Below, in pieces: positions 56,722 to 64,000 of a stretch of 64,000 bases of DNA (positions within the stretch are counted from its first letter, which is position 1; each line of letters opens with the position of its first letter). The notes below the pieces were generated by a model. That model had not been told where the DNA came from and did no database searches. It saw nothing but the letters and a program-made list of their open reading frames with translations. Origin of the DNA: a bacterium (GTDB lineage: Bacteria > DRYD01). The translations under genes were made by a program, and so were the position numbers. Where the stretch lies: the NCBI GenBank assembly GCA_039630415.1, contig JBCNVB010000013.1, positions 128,001-192,000 of the forward strand. Direction: 5' to 3'.

Positions 56722-57843
56722 ATGATAAAGAGGAGAATATCTAGGATAGTAAGGATAGGAGATATTGTTATTGGTGGTGGAAATCCAGTAGTTGTTCAAA
56801 GTATGGTTAAATGTCCAACTACCAATGTGGAGGAGGTTATTAGGCAGTTAAATATTGCTAAGCAAGCTGGAGCTAGGGTAATGAGAATAGCCGTGCCAGA
56901 TAAGGAAGCAGCATATGCTTTGAAAAAGATAGTTCCAAATTCTCCTGTTCCTTTGGTGGCCGATATACATTTTGATTATAGACTAGCTTTGATGTCAATT
57001 GAAGCAGGTATACATGCTCTTAGACTAAATCCGGGAAATATACTTGATTCACCCCAGGGAAACCTATCGAGATATGATAAACTTGAGCAAGTTGTAAAGG
57101 CTGCGAAAAACGCTCAAATACCCATTAGAATAGGTGTTAATAGTGGTTCTCTTCATCCAAAATATCTTGAAAAGTACGGCTATCCTACTTATGAAGCTTT
57201 GGTTGAGTGTGCTATTGATGAAGTAAGAATATTAGAGAACATGGGATTCTATGATATAAAAATATCCGTTAAAAGTAGTAATGTAGAGGATATGATATCA
57301 GCTTACATGATGTTAGCTGAAAAAGTGCCTTATGCTTTGCATTTGGGAGTTACAGAATCTGGTAGTGGATTGAGTGGATATGTTAAGAGTTCTATTGGTA
57401 TTGGTACTTTACTTTACCACGGAATAGGAGATACTATAAGGGTTTCATTGACTTCTAGTGTAGAGGAGGAGATAAAATTAGGGTATGAAATATTAAAGGC
57501 TTTGGGGTATGAAAAGAGAGGAGTAGAGTTAATTAGTTGTCCTACCTGTGGAAGAATTGAGGTTGATCTGTTTGATTTAGTAGAGAAGGTCAAGAAAGAG
57601 GTGGAAAGTGTACAAGAGAATATAACAGTTGCAGTTATGGGTTGTGTAGTTAATGGTCCTGGTGAGGCAAGAAAGGCAGACATAGCTGTGGTAGGTGGAA
57701 AAGGTAAAGGAATAATTTATCGAAAGGGAAAAATGATTAAAGTTGCTCCTGAAGATAAACTGATAGATGCCTTTAAAGAAGTCCTCCAACAAGTGGTAAA
57801 TGAGAAAGCAAATCAAAAGGTGGAAGTAGGTGAGAGTTCATGA
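56722..57843 (+). CDS. ispG: 4-hydroxy-3-methylbut-2-en-1-yl diphosphate synthase
   Basis: VQSM, PLVADIHFD, RLNPGN, RIGVNSGSL, HLGVTE, GDTIRVSL, SCPTCGR, MGCVVNGPGE. Confidence 0.97.
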   Translation: MIKRRISRIVRIGDIVIGGGNPVVVQSMVKCPTTNVEEVIRQLNIAKQAGARVMRIAVPDKEAAYALKKIVPNSPVPLVADIHFDYRLALMSIEAGIHALRLNPGNILDSPQGNLSRYDKLEQVVKAAKNAQIPIRIGVNSGSLHPKYLEKYGYPTYEALVECAIDEVRILENMGFYDIKISVKSSNVEDMISAYMMLAEKVPYALHLGVTESGSGLSGYVKSSIGIGTLLYHGIGDTIRVSLTSSVEEEIKLGYEILKALGYEKRGVELISCPTCGRIEVDLFDLVEKVKKEVESVQENITVAVMGCVVNGPGEARKADIAVVGGKGKGIIYRKGKMIKVAPEDKLIDAFKEVLQQVVNEKANQKVEVGESS

Positions 57844-58136
57844 GTTATCTGGGATTGATAAGTATCACCCCGATTGGAAGTAAGGAAAGTGTTTCTTCTG
57901 ATGTAGCTAAAGCTGTAAAGATACTTTCTGAAAACAAGATCAACTATCAGTTAACCTCTATGGGAACTATAATTGAAACTGAAGATCTTGATCAACTGCT
58001 AGATTTGGTTAAAAAGATGATAGCTAAAGTAGAAGAAGATAACAATAGGGTTAGTGTAATTTTGAAAATTGACTGTAGGAAAGGGCATAGCAACAGAATG
58101 AAATCAAAAGTTGAAAGTGTTCTTCAGAAATTGTAG
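57840..58136 (+). CDS. MTH1187/YkoF-like thiamine-binding protein
   Basis: SITPIG...SVS..VA, YQLTSMGTIIE, RVS..LKID.R, KVESV. Confidence 0.9.
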   Translation: MSYLGLISITPIGSKESVSSDVAKAVKILSENKINYQLTSMGTIIETEDLDQLLDLVKKMIAKVEEDNNRVSVILKIDCRKGHSNRMKSKVESVLQKL

Positions 58137-58145
58137 TATGATATA

Positions 58146-61043
58146 ATGTTAGTCAGAATATATAATTTTGCAAGGAATTACAACCTAGATATTGTCTTTT
58201 TTTATACGGTTTTGGTTTTAATCTTTTTCACACCTATTGGTGGGAAAGTGATAGGTTGTGCTGATACGTTTAATCAGTATTTACCGTTGAGAGTTTTTTA
58301 CAGTAATTGTTTAAGAAGTGGTGATTTCCCGTTGTGGTATCCTTATCAGGGATTAGGTTTGCCTTTTTTAGGTATAGTACAGGCTAGTGGGTTGTATCCA
58401 ATTAATATTGTTTTATTTAAGTTTCTTGATCCTTATTTTGCTTACAACTTAGGTGTTTACATTCATTTTATTATGGCTCAATTTTTTGGATTTCTGTATG
58501 CTGACTATATTTATAGAAAGATAGGATTAGGTAGGTTATATTCTTTTCTTAGTGGATTTTTGTTTGGTTTAAGTGGTTTGATTATATCACATTGTGATTT
58601 TGTACCTTTTCAAAACTCTATTCCTTATCTTCCGTTGAGTTTACTGTTTTTGCACTTAATTATAGATGAATGGAATAAATATTGGAGTAGTACGGGATAT
58701 GGTAAGTTAAGATTATTTTTATGGTTTATGGGGTTGAGTATAAGTTTGGGGTATCAATTTTTGGCCGGATATCCACAAGCTTTTCTGTATACTCTTATAT
58801 TCCTTTTTTTATTTACTTTATTGATGAATTATCGTTTTATTTTAGTGGTTTTAGCTGCAATAGTGTTTAGTTTCCCTTTGACTTTTATTTTTTTATATGA
58901 GTCATTTTCTTTATCTAAAGGATCGATAAGGGATTATATATATTTTGAGACCTATAATCAGGGTAGTTTTCCTTTATATGGTTTACTTAATCAGGTTTTA
59001 CCTTTTATATATGGTGGTAGTATTAGCAATCCGAGTTATTATGGGCCTTCTACGGGTACTTTGCCTATGGAATTTTTCTTTTATATTTCTGTTTTTGCTC
59101 TTCCCTTAACAGTTTTTGCCTATATTAAGATATTTTCCAATCCTGAATTAAGAAGAAATTTATCTATTTACTGCATATTGGGAATTATTTGTTTTGTTTT
59201 AGCTATGGGGAAGTATAATTTGATTTTACATTATTTAATGTTTGATTTGCCTATTTATTCGAAGGTAAGGATAGTTGCTAGGCATTTTATGGAGATTGGT
59301 TTTATTCAAGCTCTAGTTATACCTGTTGGAATATACTTTATTTTAAATGGGTATACTCAGTTTATTAGATTTATCAAGGTTGCTTTCTTTACTTATTTGT
59401 TTGTGGTTTTAGTTTCAATAGGTTTTTTGATAAATCCCGAGATTGGTAGTAAGATTTCTAAGTTGAGTGTCAAGAGTTATGATCTTTATTTTCCACTAGT
59501 TTTTGGTTTGCTTTTTTTATGTTCATTGCTTATATACCATTTTCAGAGATATATTAGATTTATCAAAGTAGACAAAACGGAGATTATTTTGGTAATGGTT
59601 ATTATATTTTTTGTTGAGAGTTGGTTTGTTTTTTATAATTTATATCCATCGTATACTGGTAGTTGGTGGTCAAGAAGGGAAAACCTACAAAAATACTTGG
59701 AATACTTTTCCAAGTTTGATAAGGAATACAGAGTTTGTTATTTTACTGGGTTTCCGATAATATTTTCTGGAGTTGTTGAACAAAGAATGCTTAACTATTA
59801 TGAACCAGTTATACCTTTTAGTTTAGTTGAATTTTTCAAAGTGTGGACTAATGGCTCTTTTATTTATCCAAACGATTATTTGTATATTCTTAACAATGCT
59901 ATTATTAGTAAATTCTCAGTGAAATACTTGCTTATCAATAAAGAATTTAGAACTAAATACCGTAAGGTTATTGATGTTGGTTCTCTTAGGTTAGTTAATT
60001 GGGAATCTTTAAAAAAGGAAACTAAAAGGTCTATGTTTTCAGATTTTGATAGTTTACTTAAATTTTCAAAAGATTTGGAATTTGATTCTAAAAATCAAAC
60101 TATTGTGTTATCAACTAAATCTAAGTTAACTGTTAGATTTAGTAATAATATGTTTAACAGAGTTATAATGGTTTGTTTCAAAGCTAATGTTAGTAAGATG
60201 AGCTTTTTGTATAGGTATAGGAGATTGGCCTTTGAATTAACAGATGGCTTAGGTATAGAGATTAGAGATTCTAAAGATAGGAAAATAGGGTACTATTTCT
60301 TGAACGATTATTATATTCCGAATGTTGATTTTAAAAAATTCTGTATTCCCTTTATTTGTGAAATAGATGATTACAATGATTTAGTAGATTTATATGTTGA
60401 TATTTATGCTGTTAATAGCTATGGTAGGAAGTATGGGATAAAGGATTTGGAGATATATAGTTTCCCTTTAAAGGTTCCTACCTATAATTTAGCTACTGAT
60501 AAAGAATTTATGGGAAGGGCTTATTTATATGATACTGGATTTATGAATTACGATTTGTACATTAATCCTCAGGCTTTACCACTAATTTTTGTACCTGATG
60601 GAATTCATTTTGTAAAGAGTGCTGATGAGATAAAGTATGGTATATTGACTTTAAGGTATGGTATAAAAGACATAGCAATTATGGAAAGTGACAGGAGTAT
60701 GTTTGAGGGAAGAAAATTTAGTAGACCTACTGTTAAGATATTGAAAGATTCATGGAATTATGTGGAGTTTTATTATAAGAATGATGGAGATGGGATAGTT
60801 GTGTTTAATGATTTGTATTATAGGGGTTGGAGAGCTAATTTTAATGGTAATGAGGTTAAAATTTTTAGGGCTAATGGATTAGTTAAGGGTTTATTGATAG
60901 GTAGTGGAGAAGGTGTTGTAAGAATTTATTATGAACCTTTCCCGAGAATTTTGTTGTGGTTAAATATTCTGTTTATTTTTGGTTATCTATTTTTGTGGGT
61001 TGTACTCTTTCTGCGCTTGCACAATAACAAAAATAATAATTGA
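58146..61043 (+). CDS. YfhO-like GT-C-fold membrane glycosyltransferase, copy 1
   Basis: First-loop DTFNQYLP, PLWYPYQGLGLPF, many TM segments, C-terminal YYRGWRA..NG...RANG..KG. Confidence 0.8.
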   Translation: MLVRIYNFARNYNLDIVFFYTVLVLIFFTPIGGKVIGCADTFNQYLPLRVFYSNCLRSGDFPLWYPYQGLGLPFLGIVQASGLYPINIVLFKFLDPYFAYNLGVYIHFIMAQFFGFLYADYIYRKIGLGRLYSFLSGFLFGLSGLIISHCDFVPFQNSIPYLPLSLLFLHLIIDEWNKYWSSTGYGKLRLFLWFMGLSISLGYQFLAGYPQAFLYTLIFLFLFTLLMNYRFILVVLAAIVFSFPLTFIFLYESFSLSKGSIRDYIYFETYNQGSFPLYGLLNQVLPFIYGGSISNPSYYGPSTGTLPMEFFFYISVFALPLTVFAYIKIFSNPELRRNLSIYCILGIICFVLAMGKYNLILHYLMFDLPIYSKVRIVARHFMEIGFIQALVIPVGIYFILNGYTQFIRFIKVAFFTYLFVVLVSIGFLINPEIGSKISKLSVKSYDLYFPLVFGLLFLCSLLIYHFQRYIRFIKVDKTEIILVMVIIFFVESWFVFYNLYPSYTGSWWSRRENLQKYLEYFSKFDKEYRVCYFTGFPIIFSGVVEQRMLNYYEPVIPFSLVEFFKVWTNGSFIYPNDYLYILNNAIISKFSVKYLLINKEFRTKYRKVIDVGSLRLVNWESLKKETKRSMFSDFDSLLKFSKDLEFDSKNQTIVLSTKSKLTVRFSNNMFNRVIMVCFKANVSKMSFLYRYRRLAFELTDGLGIEIRDSKDRKIGYYFLNDYYIPNVDFKKFCIPFICEIDDYNDLVDLYVDIYAVNSYGRKYGIKDLEIYSFPLKVPTYNLATDKEFMGRAYLYDTGFMNYDLYINPQALPLIFVPDGIHFVKSADEIKYGILTLRYGIKDIAIMESDRSMFEGRKFSRPTVKILKDSWNYVEFYYKNDGDGIVVFNDLYYRGWRANFNGNEVKIFRANGLVKGLLIGSGEGVVRIYYEPFPRILLWLNILFIFGYLFLWVVLFLRLHNNKNNN

Positions 61044-61060
61044 TATAAACAAGCATCTCT

Positions 61061-63970
61061 ATGTTGAGTAGAATTTGTTATTTTGTTAGAAAATACAACA
61101 TAGATATTTTACTTCTTTATTCAATTTTGGTTTTAATTTTTTTTGTACCTATTAAAGATAAGGTAATAGGATGTGTTGATACATTTAATCAGTTTTTACC
61201 CTTGAGGATTTTTTATAGTAACTGCTTGAAAAGTGGTGATTTCCCTTTATGGTATCCTTATCAAGGATTAGGCTTACCTTTTTTAGGTATACTACAAGCT
61301 AGTGGATTGTATCCAATTAATATTATATTGTTTAAATTTTTTGATCCCTATTGGGCGTATAACCTAGGTATTTATATTCATTTCATTATGGTACAATTTT
61401 TTGGATTTTTGTATGCTAATTATGTTTATAGAAAAATAGGTTTGGATAGGTTATACTCATTCCTTAGTGGTTTTTTATTCGGATTAACTGGTATAGTTAT
61501 ATCTCATTGTGATTTTGTTCCTTTTCAAAACTCTGTAGTTTATCTTCCGTTAAGTTTATTATTCCTACATTTGATTATAGATGAGTGGGGTAAATATAGG
61601 GGGACAAAATATGGAAAGATAAGGTTGTTTATATGGTTTATGGGATTAAGTATAAGTTTGGGATATCAACTTTTGGCTGGCTATCCACAAGCCTTTGTGT
61701 ATACCCTTATACTCCTTTTTTTGTTTACTTTACTAATGAATTTTCGTTTCATTCTAGTACTTATTAGTGCTATGGTATTTAATTTACCTTTGACGTTTAT
61801 TTTTCTATATGAAGCATGGACTCTATTGAATGGTTCGATTAGAGATTACATTAGGTTTGAAATATATAATCAGGGTGGTTTCCCATTGTACGGATTACTT
61901 AATCAAGTTTTACCTTTTATATATGGTGGGAGTGTGAATAATCCAGACTATTATGGGCCTCTTACTGGAACTATACCTATGGAATTCTTCTTCTACATTT
62001 CTTTTTTTGCACTTCCATTGACTGTTTTTGCCTATATTAAAATATTTTCCAATCCTAAATTAAGGAGAGAAATGGCTATTTACTGCATACTAGGAATTGT
62101 TTGTTTTGTTTTAGCTATGGGTAAGTATAATTTGATTTTACATCATATAATGTTTGACTTACCTGTTTATTCAAAGATGAGGTTAGCAGCTAGGCATTTT
62201 ATGGAGATCTGTTTTGTTCAATCTTTAGTTATTCCTATCGGGATATACTTTATTTTGAGTGGGTACACACAACTTATTAGATTTATTAAGGTTGCTTTTT
62301 TTACTTATCTGTTTATCATTTTAGTTTCCATAGGTTTTTTAATAAACCCTGAGATTAGTAGTAAGATTTCTAAGTTAAGTATTAAAAGTTACGACCTTTA
62401 CTTTCCCTTGGTTTTGGGCCTACTTTTTATATGTTCATTACTTGTATACTACTTCCAGCGATATGTTAGATTTGTCAAAGTTAATAAAACGCAGATTATT
62501 TTAGTTTTAGTTATTATATTTTTCGCTGAGAGTTTGTTTGTTTTTTATAATTTGTATCCTTCGTATACTAACAATGGTTGGGCTAAAAAGGAAAACATAC
62601 GAAAATACTTAGAGTACATCTCCAAGCTTGATAAGCAGTACAGAGTTTGTTATTTTACCGGATTTTCAGTGCTCTTTCCAGGAGTTGCTGGACAAAGAAT
62701 GCTTAATCATTATGACCCTATTATACCTTTTAGCTTAATTGAATTTTTTAATATATGGACTAATGGCTTTTTTGTTTATCCGTATGATTATTTCTATATC
62801 CTAACCAACGCCATTATAAGTAAACTCTCAGTAAAGTACATCTTTATTAACAAAGATTTTAGAAATAAATACAATAACTTTATCGATGTTGGATCTCTTA
62901 AGCTAGTTAATTTGGAATCTTTAAGAAGGGAAACTAAGAGACTTACATTTTCTAATTTTGAGAATTTAGCCAGACTTTCAAAAAATTTACAATTTGATTC
63001 TAATAATCAAACTATTAAACTATTAACTGGTTCTAAGTTGACTGTTAGATTTAGTAGCAACTTGTATAACAGAGTTGTGATGGTTTGTTTCAAGGCTAAC
63101 GTTAGTAGGATGAGTTTTTGGTATAGATACAGAAGATTAGCTTTTGAATTAACTGACGGGTTGGGTATAGAGATAAGGGACTCTAAGGATAAGAGAATTG
63201 GATATTATTTTTTGAATGATTACTATCTTCCAAACGTTGGTTTTAAGACATTTTGTATTCCTTTTATCTGTGGAACAGATAATTACGATGATTTGAAGGG
63301 TTTATATGTCAATATTTATCCTATCGATAGTTATGGTAGGAGGTATGAGATAAAAGATTTGGAGGTATATATTTTTCCTATGAAAGTCCCCGCATACGAT
63401 TTAGTTGCTAATAAAGAGTTTATGGGAAGAGCTTATTTATATGATAGTAGATTTATGGATTATGATTTGTATATTAATCCACAGGCATTGCCATTGATTT
63501 TTGTACCTGAGAAGATTCACTTTGCGAAGGGGATAGATGAGATAAAGTATGGTATACTGACATTAAAGTATGGTATGAGGGATGTAGTAGTCATGGATAG
63601 TGAAAGGTATATGTTTAAGGGTAGGAGATTGAGTAAGCCTAGTATAAAGATGTTGAAGGATTCGTGGAATTATGTTGAGTTTTATTATAAGAATGATGGT
63701 GAAGGTGTGGTGGTGTTTAACGATTTGTATTATAGGGGTTGGAAGGCTAAGTTTAATGGTAAAGAGGTTAAGATTTTTAGGGCTAATGGGTTGGTTAAGG
63801 GTTTATTGTTGGGTAGGGGTGAGGGTGTTGTAAGGGTTTATTATGAGCCTTTTCCGAAAGTTTTATTATGGTTAAATATTTTGTTTATTTTTGGTTATTT
63901 ATTTTTGTGGGTTACACTCTTTTTGCGCCTGCGTAGTGTTGAGCCCAATAGCCTTCAGTCAAGCTACTGA
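61061..63970 (+). CDS. YfhO-like GT-C-fold membrane glycosyltransferase, copy 2
   Basis: Colinear, highly similar paralog of 58146..61043. Confidence 0.8.
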   Translation: MLSRICYFVRKYNIDILLLYSILVLIFFVPIKDKVIGCVDTFNQFLPLRIFYSNCLKSGDFPLWYPYQGLGLPFLGILQASGLYPINIILFKFFDPYWAYNLGIYIHFIMVQFFGFLYANYVYRKIGLDRLYSFLSGFLFGLTGIVISHCDFVPFQNSVVYLPLSLLFLHLIIDEWGKYRGTKYGKIRLFIWFMGLSISLGYQLLAGYPQAFVYTLILLFLFTLLMNFRFILVLISAMVFNLPLTFIFLYEAWTLLNGSIRDYIRFEIYNQGGFPLYGLLNQVLPFIYGGSVNNPDYYGPLTGTIPMEFFFYISFFALPLTVFAYIKIFSNPKLRREMAIYCILGIVCFVLAMGKYNLILHHIMFDLPVYSKMRLAARHFMEICFVQSLVIPIGIYFILSGYTQLIRFIKVAFFTYLFIILVSIGFLINPEISSKISKLSIKSYDLYFPLVLGLLFICSLLVYYFQRYVRFVKVNKTQIILVLVIIFFAESLFVFYNLYPSYTNNGWAKKENIRKYLEYISKLDKQYRVCYFTGFSVLFPGVAGQRMLNHYDPIIPFSLIEFFNIWTNGFFVYPYDYFYILTNAIISKLSVKYIFINKDFRNKYNNFIDVGSLKLVNLESLRRETKRLTFSNFENLARLSKNLQFDSNNQTIKLLTGSKLTVRFSSNLYNRVVMVCFKANVSRMSFWYRYRRLAFELTDGLGIEIRDSKDKRIGYYFLNDYYLPNVGFKTFCIPFICGTDNYDDLKGLYVNIYPIDSYGRRYEIKDLEVYIFPMKVPAYDLVANKEFMGRAYLYDSRFMDYDLYINPQALPLIFVPEKIHFAKGIDEIKYGILTLKYGMRDVVVMDSERYMFKGRRLSKPSIKMLKDSWNYVEFYYKNDGEGVVVFNDLYYRGWKAKFNGKEVKIFRANGLVKGLLLGRGEGVVRVYYEPFPKVLLWLNILFIFGYLFLWVTLFLRLRSVEPNSLQSSY

Positions 63971-64000
63971 TAATTACTCCTTTTCTGCTATTTGCTGCGT

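Noticed and set aside
1573..57816. Many 60-130 aa ORFs antisense to or nested in recognised genes (e.g. 1789..2118, 21419..21736, 24951..25286, 30907..31308, 46450..46797)
   Set aside because: They are shadow frames of well-supported genes with no recognisable motif
63974..64000. 3' end of a minus-strand gene (…TQQIAEKE*)
   Set aside because: Only nine codons are visible at the window edge, too little to support a call

Overview
AT-rich (roughly 30% GC by eye) bacterial chromosomal segment, densely coding, standard genetic code. It is mostly housekeeping genes in a strongly scrambled order: flgB-fliE-flgC, serS, ddl, tlyA, recO, wecB, pilT, coaE, rpe, fabG, ftsW/rodA, rsmI, ahpC, secD, cydAB, rtcB, korA-type alpha subunit, trmD, sucC, cdd, dnaG, a sigma70, eno, nadD, ispG. 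It also holds a stand-alone 5S rRNA and a tRNA-Leu(CAG). GC-rich RNA stems in an AT-rich background and several archaeal-type genes suggest a thermophilic, deep-branching lineage (inference). I found no mobile element, prophage or CRISPR array. The most notable observations are: a flotillin with a tandemly duplicated SPFH domain; a HemA-HemC fusion; a GC-rich H-type pseudoknot behind an in-frame A_AAA_AAG slippery heptamer at the nadD/pilT-like junction; a strongly divergent sigma70 in the rpoD position; a helicase-dead PriA-like protein; a glycosyltransferase split by an A9 tract; a beta-propeller lipoprotein broken by one in-frame TGA; tandem YfhO/GT-C paralogs; and a kb-scale saw-tooth G/C skew that does not follow gene orientation. 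All calls come from motif recognition by eye; no searches were run.
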